The notes below the pieces were generated by a model. That model made no database searches. It was not told where the DNA came from and was given only the letters and a program-made list of their open reading frames with translations. This document shows positions 55,813 to 64,000 of a stretch of DNA of 64,000 nt, one piece after another (the stretch's first letter is position 1; the number at the start of each line of letters is the position of its first letter). Source of the DNA: Candidatus Omnitrophota bacterium (GTDB taxonomy: Bacteria > Omnitrophota > Gorgyraeia > Zapsychrales > Zapsychraceae); assembly GCA_015233115.1 (NCBI GenBank), contig JADFYJ010000014.1, forward strand, positions 11,028-75,027, in the 5' to 3' direction. The position numbers were made by a program, and so were the translations under genes.

Positions 55813-58611
55813 ATGCTTTTTATCATAAGGCGAGGGGTTCGCCGGTACTTTCTAACCTGGTTTTTCATTATGGTTTGGCAAATTTTCTCCGGGGGGGACG
55901 CCCAAGCTGAGACGGCTTCTTCGGCGAGTTGCAGTCGTATCGGAGTTGTTACAGAGCAGGATGCCCTGGATGCCAAACAGCATTGGATTCCTACGGTTGA
56001 TTATTTGAACCAAAATATTAAAGATTATTGTTTTGAATTAAAAATATTTGACCCGCAATATGCTTTAACCGCAGTGAAGGAAAAAGAAGCGGATTTTTTT
56101 GTTATGAGTCCCGTCGTATTTTCCGAGATTGGACATCTTGTTCCCCTTGAAAGTTATTTAACCATGGAACGCACGCAGGGCGGCTTTATATATCCCCTGA
56201 ATGGTGCTGTAGTGTTTACCCGTTCCGATCATCAATATTTAAATTATTTCCGGGATTTGCGTGATAACCGGGCGATTGTACTGAAAACAGAGGGGATGCA
56301 AGGAGAATTAGCTTTTCTGCGTGAACTCACTGATCTGCATATGAATCCTGCTGGGAAATTTAAACAATACACGTCAACGGCCAATTATAAAGAAATATGT
56401 TCTGCTGTCTTGCGGGGTGAATATGATATTGGTGTTTCAGCGACGGGTGATTTGGAGCAGTGTGTCGTAGAGAAATTATTGAAATGGAAGGATGTCAAAG
56501 TTTTGGAGCCGTATCAGGGGTTCCGGATGGGGAACAATTATAATGTACCTTTCCGATATAGCACAAGGTTATATGCGGATTGGGTTTTTGTTTCAGTCGA
56601 GCATCTCCCTTCACTTTTAATCCGCGATACGGTTGGCGCTTTATTGAATGTTCCGGAAAATGCTCCAGCGGCCCTATCAGCCGGTTATGCTGGATGGCTG
56701 CCTGATTTAAGTTATCAAGATGTTCATGATGCGTTGCAGAATTTAAAGCGGGGGCCGCGTAATTGGGTGGATATTCAAAATGCTTTTATGCTGATTTGGA
56801 AGTTTTATAGATGGGGAATTATCAGTGTGTTGTGTTTTTTAATTTTTTTAATCGGGGCGTTATTATATTTGATGGTCAAGAATATTGGCTTATACCGCGT
56901 TAAACAGGACCTGGCGCGAAAGCTAGTTTCACAAAAAAACATTGAGGACGGAGCCCAGGAAACAGAAGCCAAAATCGATGCAATATTAAACGCCATCCCG
57001 TATGCGGTCATTGGTTTTGAAAATGATGTTATTATTTTTGCCAATGGCGCGGTTAAAAAAATGTTTGGCAGGGATCCGGAAAGTTTGATAGGTAAAACAG
57101 CGGAAATATTATATTCAGGGGCGAATTATATCAATGTTTTGGAGGAAATTTATGGAACGTTAAAAAATGAGCAAACGTTATCTAAAGAGCTTAGGGCGAT
57201 CCGTAAAAATGGAGAAAAATTTGATTGTTTAGTCAGTGTGGCTCAGCTGAAAAATGATAAATCACAACACCGGTTCGTGGGAGTTTTCGTGGATGTCACG
57301 GAACGGTACAACCGAGAAGAGTTGTTAAGGAAATTGTCAAAGGCGATCCAACAAAATCCTGCTGGAGTTATTATCGCTTCACCTGCAGGGAGGATTGAAT
57401 ATGTCAATGACCGATTTCTGCAGATTTCCGGTTGGGATCGGAATTCCGTATTGAACGTTAATATTCAGAAATTAATTGTTGATTTATTGATGGATGGGAA
57501 AAGTACAGATTTCTGGAAAATGGTTGTAAATGGCCAGCTCACCCAGAAAGAATTTTTTAGCCGGCGAAAAAATGCTGAACTGTATTGGGGCATGTTTACG
57601 GTTTCTCCATTAAAAGATAATGAGGGAGGGATAACTCATTTTGTTTTCAATTGGGAAGATATTTCAGAACGTAAAAAAACTGAAGAAAAATTTAAGGTGA
57701 GTCAACAAGAATTAGAACGCGCGAATAAAAATTTAGTCGAAAATGAAAAAACTTTAAAAAATATGATTCAGGATTTGGAGGCGACCCATCGGCAATTAAA
57801 GACGATGCAGGCGCAGTTAATCCAAACCGAAAAATTATCATCTATTGGTCAATTGGCGGCTGGCATTGCTCACGAAATTAATAACCCGGTGGCATTTATT
57901 ACCAGCAATATTAATGCGTTGGAACGATATTTGGTTAGTTTTAAAAAAATATTTTATATTTTAAAAGAATTGGAAAATAGCGCGGGTGGAGAAGACAGCA
58001 GAATGGCGCGGGATATTTTCAAAAAATTGGAAAGGGTGACCGAAGAAGAAGATATTAATTTTATTCTTAAGGATATTGACGCAGTGATCGCGGAATCGAA
58101 AGAAGGTTTGGAGCGCATCAAAAATATTGTTCTGGATATGAAGACCTTTTCCCGCCGGGATGATTTGTCCCGGATGCCGGCGGATATCAACCATATTTTG
58201 GACGGAGTGATCAATATTGTTTGGAATGAAATTAAATATAAAGCTAAATTAGTAAAAAATTTTCAGCCTCTGCCTTTAATTAATTGCAATCCCCAGCAGA
58301 TAGGGCAGGTTTTTATGAATCTTTTGATCAACGCCGTTCAAGCCATTGATGAACAAGGACAGATTACGGTTTCGACATACCTAAAAAATAATTTTGCGGT
58401 GGTTGAGATCGCGGATACCGGAAGGGGTATTCCGGCGGATGTGCGGGGTAATATTTTTGAGCCATTTTACACGACAAAAAAAACCGGAGAAAGTACCGGA
58501 TTAGGATTAAGTATCAGTTTGGAAATTATTAACCGGCATCAAGGAAAAATTGATCTGGAAAGTGAGATAGGAAAAGGGACAACTTTTATAGTTCGTTTGC
58601 CGGTTGTGTGA
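55813..58611 (+). CDS. Sensor histidine kinase with periplasmic solute-binding-like domain, PAS domains, HisKA and HATPase
   Basis: Signal/TM, periplasmic PhnD-like domain, TM (ISVLCFLIFLIGALLYLMV), PAS regions, H-box IAHEINNPVAFI, G-boxes (IADTGRGI; GLGLSIS). Confidence 0.8.
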   Translation: MLFIIRRGVRRYFLTWFFIMVWQIFSGGDAQAETASSASCSRIGVVTEQDALDAKQHWIPTVDYLNQNIKDYCFELKIFDPQYALTAVKEKEADFFVMSPVVFSEIGHLVPLESYLTMERTQGGFIYPLNGAVVFTRSDHQYLNYFRDLRDNRAIVLKTEGMQGELAFLRELTDLHMNPAGKFKQYTSTANYKEICSAVLRGEYDIGVSATGDLEQCVVEKLLKWKDVKVLEPYQGFRMGNNYNVPFRYSTRLYADWVFVSVEHLPSLLIRDTVGALLNVPENAPAALSAGYAGWLPDLSYQDVHDALQNLKRGPRNWVDIQNAFMLIWKFYRWGIISVLCFLIFLIGALLYLMVKNIGLYRVKQDLARKLVSQKNIEDGAQETEAKIDAILNAIPYAVIGFENDVIIFANGAVKKMFGRDPESLIGKTAEILYSGANYINVLEEIYGTLKNEQTLSKELRAIRKNGEKFDCLVSVAQLKNDKSQHRFVGVFVDVTERYNREELLRKLSKAIQQNPAGVIIASPAGRIEYVNDRFLQISGWDRNSVLNVNIQKLIVDLLMDGKSTDFWKMVVNGQLTQKEFFSRRKNAELYWGMFTVSPLKDNEGGITHFVFNWEDISERKKTEEKFKVSQQELERANKNLVENEKTLKNMIQDLEATHRQLKTMQAQLIQTEKLSSIGQLAAGIAHEINNPVAFITSNINALERYLVSFKKIFYILKELENSAGGEDSRMARDIFKKLERVTEEEDINFILKDIDAVIAESKEGLERIKNIVLDMKTFSRRDDLSRMPADINHILDGVINIVWNEIKYKAKLVKNFQPLPLINCNPQQIGQVFMNLLINAVQAIDEQGQITVSTYLKNNFAVVEIADTGRGIPADVRGNIFEPFYTTKKTGESTGLGLSISLEIINRHQGKIDLESEIGKGTTFIVRLPVV

Positions 58612-58615
58612 ACCG

Positions 58616-58675
58616 TTGGACCACCGCGTCGGTGGACCACTGGTCCACCGACGCGGTGGCCCAACGGTCTAAAGG
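58616..58675. terminator. GC-rich palindromic terminator between convergent kinase and prenyl-synthase genes
   Basis: CCGTTGGACCACCGCGTCGGTGGACCA / TGGTCCACCGACGCGGTGGCCCAACGG near-perfect 27-bp inverted repeat. Confidence 0.6.
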
Positions 58676-59712
58676 CCTTGGATCAGGGCTTTAAATTCAA
58701 GGTTGATACACGAGCGGTTAAGAATGGAAGCTGCTTTTTTCTCAAGCCGTAAAATATCAGCTTCAGCTTGAAGCAGGCTTCCCGTATCGATAATTATTTT
58801 TCGGATAATTTTAAGGTCTTTTTGGTTGACCCGGTTTTTCGCAAAAATGCTTTTGATGGTTTTCCGGTTTTTGCTATCCGCGTTTTGAAAAGCGTAAAAA
58901 ATAAGAATAGTGCGTTTGGATTCCTGCAGGTCCGTTAAGCAAGATTTTCCTGAGTTATTATGGTTTGAAAACATGCCTATGATGTCATCGCGAATTTGAA
59001 ACGCCTGCCCAATAGCGCGTCCGTATTTTTCCAGGACGCTGACTTCTTGAGACGAGGCCCCGGCTAATATCGCCCCTAAACACAGCGGCGCCGCGAATGT
59101 GTACCAGGCGGTTTTGAGATCATAGATTTTATGAATATCTTCCAGAGCAATTTTTTCAAAGGGTTGAGTCGTCAGAAGCAGTTCTTCAAATTGTCCGCAA
59201 CCCGTCAAAGCGGCGATACGTAGCAGATAATGCAGGGCGGTTTCTTTTGATTGAGGATTGGCTTTAATTGAAAAAAATAAATCGAGGGCGATCGAGAAGA
59301 GGACGTCACCGGCAATAATCCCCATGTCTTCACCCGTGAATTTGTTTTTCTGGTTTTTTCCGATCTTTTGGTTGAACAAGACATGCAAGGAAGACTGCCA
59401 CCGCCGTTTGTTTGAGTGGTCAATAATATCGTCGTGGATCAGCATAAAATTGTGGATGAGTTCTAATCCGGCAGCACTGGTATAGATGGATTGGGGTAAA
59501 ATGCCCAGCTGAGGAGTTATTCTTTTGTTGGCATGCGCGGCGTAGCTTAGGATAAAAAGGAGCGGCCGCAAACGTTTGCCTTTTCTTAAAGAATAATCAG
59601 TTATCGTCGAAAAAAGAAAAGGAGAAAAACTTTTAAAAGGATAAGATTTTTGAAAGATCTGCGGCAGTGACGCAATCGTTTTGTCTAATTTAAGTTTTAT
59701 TTGGTTAATCAT
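58669..59712 (-). CDS. trans-Polyprenyl diphosphate synthase (GGPP/longer-chain, CrtE/IspB-like)
   Basis: Two DDxxD motifs: LIHDDIIDHSNKRR and FQIRDDIIG. Confidence 0.85.
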   Translation of the reverse strand: MINQIKLKLDKTIASLPQIFQKSYPFKSFSPFLFSTITDYSLRKGKRLRPLLFILSYAAHANKRITPQLGILPQSIYTSAAGLELIHNFMLIHDDIIDHSNKRRWQSSLHVLFNQKIGKNQKNKFTGEDMGIIAGDVLFSIALDLFFSIKANPQSKETALHYLLRIAALTGCGQFEELLLTTQPFEKIALEDIHKIYDLKTAWYTFAAPLCLGAILAGASSQEVSVLEKYGRAIGQAFQIRDDIIGMFSNHNNSGKSCLTDLQESKRTILIFYAFQNADSKNRKTIKSIFAKNRVNQKDLKIIRKIIIDTGSLLQAEADILRLEKKAASILNRSCINLEFKALIQGL

Positions 59713-59735
59713 AGGGCATATGTTAGCATAAAATT

Positions 59736-60917
59736 ATGAACACCGTAAATGATAAATTCCCTTTCAATGACCCGGTGATAGTTGTTATCATTGGAGGAGG
59801 ATTCGCCGGATTGTCTGTGGTAAAAGGGCTGTGTAAAAAATCAGCAGATTTAAAAATTATCTTGATTGACATTAAATTGACATTTGATTTTCTTCCTGCC
59901 TTGCCTGACGTGGTCAGCCAGAATATTAGTTCTCAATTCCTACAAGCCGATCTTACGGAATTATCGCGGCGATGGAACTTTGAATTTATCTGTGAAGAAG
60001 TAAAAGCTGTTTCTTTGGTTGATAAGTGTGTTTCGATATCAAACCGGACCATCGTTTTTGATTTTTTAGTGGTAGCAAGCGGCAGTCAAACTAATTTTTA
60101 TGGCCATGATAATTTAAAGCAAAATTGTCTGGTTTTTGATACCATTCATGATGCGTTGGTTTTATCGGAAAAATGCGCTGACCCACAATGGAAAAATATT
60201 ATTATTGCCGGAGGCGGATATACTGGAGTCGAACTTTCTTCTCAGGTATGTGCTTTTATCCAGCGGAAGCGTTTGAATAAAAAAGTTTTATTATTGATCC
60301 GTTCGGATAATCCTTTTCAATTTTTAAAACAAAATCAAAATAAATATACATATAATGTTTTATCAAAATCAGGGGTGGATATTCGCTTGAAAACTGAGGT
60401 TAAAAATATCCATGACGGACGCGTTGAATTAAATACCGGTGAAGTGATTGAAAATGCTTTGACAGTATGGACTGCGGGGGTAAAAACGCCTGAATTTATC
60501 TGGAATATGGGCGTGCCCATAACTGAGCAGGGTAGAATTATGGTCAACAAACAGTTATTGTTTGCAGATTATTGTTTCGCGGCAGGAGATTCCTCTGCCT
60601 TTGAACATCAGGGGAATTTCTTGAGAATGGCGGTGCATTTTTCATGTATGGAAGGTCTTTTGATTGCCCAAAATATTCTTCGCATTATAAAAGGGTTACC
60701 TTTGAAGGAATATAAGCCGTTTGATTTAGGATATGTTTTGCCATTGGCTAACTCCCAAGCTTGCGGTATAATCCTTGGTATTTCCGTTTGGGGCAGGATT
60801 CCATTATTTTTACATTATTTTATGTGTATTGTTAAGACGTTAGGTTGGAGAAAAAAATGGGGAATTTTTAAAGAGCTGATAATTCATCTCCGAACATATG
60901 AGAAAACCTTTTCTTGA
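59736..60917 (+). CDS. FAD/NAD(P)-binding oxidoreductase (NDH-2/SQR-like pyridine nucleotide-disulfide oxidoreductase family)
   Basis: Two Rossmann dinucleotide motifs VVIIGGGFAGLS and IIAGGGYTGVELS. Confidence 0.5.
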   Translation: MNTVNDKFPFNDPVIVVIIGGGFAGLSVVKGLCKKSADLKIILIDIKLTFDFLPALPDVVSQNISSQFLQADLTELSRRWNFEFICEEVKAVSLVDKCVSISNRTIVFDFLVVASGSQTNFYGHDNLKQNCLVFDTIHDALVLSEKCADPQWKNIIIAGGGYTGVELSSQVCAFIQRKRLNKKVLLLIRSDNPFQFLKQNQNKYTYNVLSKSGVDIRLKTEVKNIHDGRVELNTGEVIENALTVWTAGVKTPEFIWNMGVPITEQGRIMVNKQLLFADYCFAAGDSSAFEHQGNFLRMAVHFSCMEGLLIAQNILRIIKGLPLKEYKPFDLGYVLPLANSQACGIILGISVWGRIPLFLHYFMCIVKTLGWRKKWGIFKELIIHLRTYEKTFS

Positions 60918-61002
60918 TTTTGTAAAAGTCCATTGCGGGACGGTGTTTTGTTTGGCATACTTATAATAGGAAAAAAGAATTAAATCATGTCAGGAGTACA
61001 AA

Positions 61003-62592
61003 ATGGTAAAAAAATTTTTGATCATAGGGGTGACCCTCATGAGTTTGGCAGGGATGGCATGGGCGCAGAAAATGACGCTGAATGCCTATTATCCTGCGCC
61101 AAAGGGGACTTATAAAGCTATGCGTCTCGTTCCTACACTTTTGGGTGATCTTATCCCAAATTCTCCGGAGGGTACTTTACAAGTATTGGATAATGGCGCT
61201 AGTACGATTCCTCAATATACTCTTGATGTATCTCAGGGGGATGATAATAAGCGGATAAATTTGACACCCTGGTTTGAGAGAAATCATATCGCGCAATTAA
61301 TGAATAGCGCTTCCAATGTGGGTATTGGTACCTCTGGGCCTGGAGCGAAATTGGAGGTTAAAGGTACAGGGACAGGTTCAGTTCTTATAGGGCAAGTGGC
61401 CGGGGCAGGGTTTGAAATGTTTGGAGGCATAGGTTTAGCTGGATCTCTCAGTAGTACTGCCTATAACTTTGCGAGTAGTAGCAGTACAACAGCAGGGTTT
61501 AGAAATTTATTTATTAATGTTCCAACTGGACAAATGATTAGATTTCGTGAGAACAATTCGACGGATAATATGACTATCGCGGCAGGAGGTAATGTTGGAA
61601 TAGGAACGACTAGTCCTGCTCAGAAATTACAAGTGGGGGATAGCAAAAACACTTCCAGTAATATTATTAGAATAACAAATGCTGGAACGTCAAATGTTCC
61701 TGAGTTAATCTCTTATTTCGCCTCTGGCAGTCGGGAATGGGTGAGTGGAGCGGGAGGAGGGGCTGGAAAATATATTATTGGCGTGGGGCCAGCGAACTAC
61801 ACTCAAGCGGGTGTTATGGCATCTGCTAAATTGACTATAGATGAAAAAGGCAATGTCGGAATAGGTACGACCGTTCCTAGCGCAACTTTGGATATTAACG
61901 GCGGTATTAATACTCCCATAGGAACATCAAATGATGGTAAAGCTGGATATTTTTTTGGAGGAGATTCAAGCTCTGGATTATTTGCTGTTAAAGGTCCAGT
62001 GGGTGATTACCAAGATTTTGTCTTGAAAACCCAAGGGACCACATTTTTGTATGCTGATATTAGACCAGGCTATGATTATAAAGGAGTTTTTAACGGGAAC
62101 GCTGCTAGAGTTGGAATAGGTACAACAGATCCACAATCTACATTAGATGTGGCTGGCAACATTCGGGTAGGAACTTCTTCTGCCGAGCATCCGGTGTGTG
62201 GTTCTGCTAATGAAGGAGCCATACGGTATTATAAACCTAATACGAATCCTGGAGTGATGCAATATTGCAATGGTGTAGAGTATGTTCCTATGGGGAGCAC
62301 TCAAGTCATTGCTAAGAACGTTTATAAGGATATTGGTAATGAGGACATTACTTTGCCCAATTATCCTGATGGGTCAACAGCCGAATATAGTGAGTGTGTG
62401 GTGGGCGTTAATCTTAAAGGTATTAATTTTGATGATTATAGTGATGGAGACTGGAAGTACTTGTATGCTTATGCGAAATCCGCAGCGAATAATAATAAGG
62501 CCAACATTACCTGTACATTTAAATGGGATAGTGGTCAAGGTCGAAGTAGTAGTGTAAAAAAATGTGATGTTAATGTAATTTGTGTAAAATAA
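61003..62592 (+). CDS. Secreted Gly-rich repeat protein with tail-fibre-like NVGIGTTxPxxxLxV repeats and Cys-containing C-terminal domain
   Basis: Signal peptide (MVKKFLIIGVTLMSLAGMAWAQ); repeats NVGIGTSGPGAKLEVKG / NVGIGTTSPAQKLQVGD / NVGIGTTVPSATLDING / RVGIGTTDPQSTLDVAGNIRVG; C-terminal CGSANEGAIRYYKP...QYCNGVEYVP. Confidence 0.5.
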   Translation: MVKKFLIIGVTLMSLAGMAWAQKMTLNAYYPAPKGTYKAMRLVPTLLGDLIPNSPEGTLQVLDNGASTIPQYTLDVSQGDDNKRINLTPWFERNHIAQLMNSASNVGIGTSGPGAKLEVKGTGTGSVLIGQVAGAGFEMFGGIGLAGSLSSTAYNFASSSSTTAGFRNLFINVPTGQMIRFRENNSTDNMTIAAGGNVGIGTTSPAQKLQVGDSKNTSSNIIRITNAGTSNVPELISYFASGSREWVSGAGGGAGKYIIGVGPANYTQAGVMASAKLTIDEKGNVGIGTTVPSATLDINGGINTPIGTSNDGKAGYFFGGDSSSGLFAVKGPVGDYQDFVLKTQGTTFLYADIRPGYDYKGVFNGNAARVGIGTTDPQSTLDVAGNIRVGTSSAEHPVCGSANEGAIRYYKPNTNPGVMQYCNGVEYVPMGSTQVIAKNVYKDIGNEDITLPNYPDGSTAEYSECVVGVNLKGINFDDYSDGDWKYLYAYAKSAANNNKANITCTFKWDSGQGRSSSVKKCDVNVICVK

Positions 62593-62624
62593 AATGTGTG
62601 CCTATTATTGTTTGTTAAAAATAT

Positions 62625-64000
62625 ATGTCAAAAAAATATCATATCGCTATCATCGGCGCAGGCGTGGGCGGGTTAGCAACGGCTTGCCGGCTGGCTCATT
62701 GCGGGTATCACGTCGAAGTTTTTGAAAAATTGCCAGAATGCGGCGGCCGGGCACACCTGATTGAAGATCGCGGGTTTAAGTTTGATACCGGGCCTTCGTT
62801 TGTCTTGATGCCGGATTTTTTTCGGGAAGTCTATGAATTTTGCGGCGAGCGCTTAGACGATCACTTGAAATTAAAGGTACTGGATGTTAATTATAAAATA
62901 TTTTATCCCGATGGTGAGGCTTTAACGGTTTACCGTGATTTGGAAAAGTCCGCGCAGGAATTGGAAAGAATTGAAAAAGGAAGTATCCCGCAGTATTACG
63001 CTTTTCTGAAATATACCGGTAACATTTATAAAACTGTTGAGCCGTTGTTATATCAATGTTTTTCTCTCCGTTCTTTATTGGACATAAAAAATTGGGCCTT
63101 GCTTGGGAAATTAAAGCCATGGTTGTCGTACTGGGAATTGGCCTCCCGATATTTTAAGTCGGAAAAACTCCGCTATGCTTTTACGTTTGAGGCGATGTTC
63201 ATGGGTGTCTCGCCGTTTAAAGCTCCTTCGTTTTACAGTATTATTACGTATACTGATCACGTGCAAAAAATTGCTCATCCAATGGGCGGAATGGCGGAGA
63301 TTCCTAAATCATTGGAACGCCTGGCAGTCAAGAAGGGCGCGCGATTTTATTACAACGCGGAAGTGACTCATGTCGAGCCTAAAAATGACCAGGTCAGCGT
63401 GACAGTGAATAATGAAGAAAAAATATTTGATAAAGTGGTCTTTAACGCGGACTATTGCCATTCCCGGGCTGATGTTTTAAAGCGCAATTTGCCGGATTAT
63501 ACATATTCGTGTTCCGTGTATCTGATTTATCTGGGTTTGAAGAAAAAAGTGAAAGGCTTAGAACATCACAATCTTTTTTTTGCCAAAGATTTGCGCCGGA
63601 ATTTAAGAGAAATATTCGCGGATAATGTCACGCCGGATGACCCTTCGTTTTATATTCATGTGCCCACCGTAACGGATCCATCATTAGCGCCGGAAGGAAA
63701 AGATATTCTTTATATACTAATTCCGGTCGCGAATTTGAAGAATGGCCCCAGTGATGTGCCGGCTAAGGAAAATGCCATCCGGCAATTGGTCTTTGGCAAG
63801 ATCAGGGAAATTATTGGCGAAGATGTGGACCCGTTGATTGAGGCGGAACATAAATTTTATCCGGAAGATTTTATCACGCGGTATAATATTAAATGCGGCG
63901 CCACGTTTGGTTTGGCGCATAATCTGATGCAGAGCGCGTTTTTCCGCCCAGTAAACTTTGATCAAAAAAGCAAAAATATTTTTTACGTCGGAGCCAGCAC
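62625..64000 (+). CDS. crtI: CrtI-family phytoene desaturase-like FAD-dependent oxidoreductase (3' end beyond window)
   Basis: Not in ORF track because no stop before window end; own translation from ATG 62625: MSKKYHIAIIGAGVGGLATACRLAHCGYHVEVFEKLPECGGRAH...FDTGPSF matches the CrtI/amine-oxidase N-terminus. Confidence 0.7.
   Translation, partial: MSKKYHIAIIGAGVGGLATACRLAHCGYHVEVFEKLPECGGRAHLIEDRGFKFDTGPSFVLMPDFFREVYEFCGERLDDHLKLKVLDVNYKIFYPDGEALTVYRDLEKSAQELERIEKGSIPQYYAFLKYTGNIYKTVEPLLYQCFSLRSLLDIKNWALLGKLKPWLSYWELASRYFKSEKLRYAFTFEAMFMGVSPFKAPSFYSIITYTDHVQKIAHPMGGMAEIPKSLERLAVKKGARFYYNAEVTHVEPKNDQVSVTVNNEEKIFDKVVFNADYCHSRADVLKRNLPDYTYSCSVYLIYLGLKKKVKGLEHHNLFFAKDLRRNLREIFADNVTPDDPSFYIHVPTVTDPSLAPEGKDILYILIPVANLKNGPSDVPAKENAIRQLVFGKIREIIGEDVDPLIEAEHKFYPEDFITRYNIKCGATFGLAHNLMQSAFFRPVNFDQKSKNIFYVGAS

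Overview
Low-GC (~40%) bacterial chromosomal window, densely coded, with no rRNA, tRNA, CRISPR array, transposase or integrase detected. Gene content in order: (1) a nuclease-rich block at 146-8220 (membrane-anchored SNase-like thermonuclease, DUF1016/YhcG-like PD-(D/E)xK protein, AddA/RecB-like SF1 helicase-nuclease and an AddB-like PD-(D/E)xK partner); (2) three tandem paralogs of a TMTC/PMT-like polytopic membrane protein with C-terminal TPR repeats; (3) housekeeping genes (yggS, proC, MTA phosphorylase, ileS, a TraR/DksA-like zinc finger, lspA, rluD-like, aroA, gap, a HicBA-like toxin-antitoxin pair); (4) a minus-strand GT2 processive glycosyltransferase (QxxRW motif) plus a PEGA-domain membrane protein; (5) the cell-elongation operon mreBCD-mrdA(PBP2)-rodA followed by another TPR membrane protein; (6) a type IV pilus assembly locus (stand-alone MshEN-like domain protein, two PilB/GspE-class ATPases, PilC) directly fused to a large chemosensory cluster (CheX-like, PilZ, CheW, PilZ, CheV, CheR, CheB, a REC protein, CheA split into HPt-HPt and kinase-CheW genes, CheD, CheC-like, CheY, hybrid REC-histidine kinase, stand-alone HisKA_3 mini-protein, NarL/FixJ regulator, HTH-REC regulator, large PBP-PAS histidine kinase) with no MCP gene; (7) a polyprenyl diphosphate synthase, an NDH-2-like flavoprotein, a secreted Gly-rich repeat protein and a CrtI-like desaturase that runs off the window. 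The most unusual non-coding signal is a set of intergenic islands. A short-period tandem 7-8-mer array (families GTATGTN, GAGTAACN, GTGATAR, GTCACAT, GGTTATA, CAACCA) follows a gene stop. In several cases a GTGAAAARCGATTGATGA-like box and an AT-rich spacer follow, then the reverse-complement array immediately before the next start codon. The repeat family differs between islands, but left/right complementarity is maintained. REP-like palindromes (GGGCGATC-NGGA-GATCGCCC-CTAC) and GC-rich palindromic terminators sharing a CCACCGACGCGGTG core are also present. All protein calls rest on motifs read directly from the supplied translations; no database search was possible.
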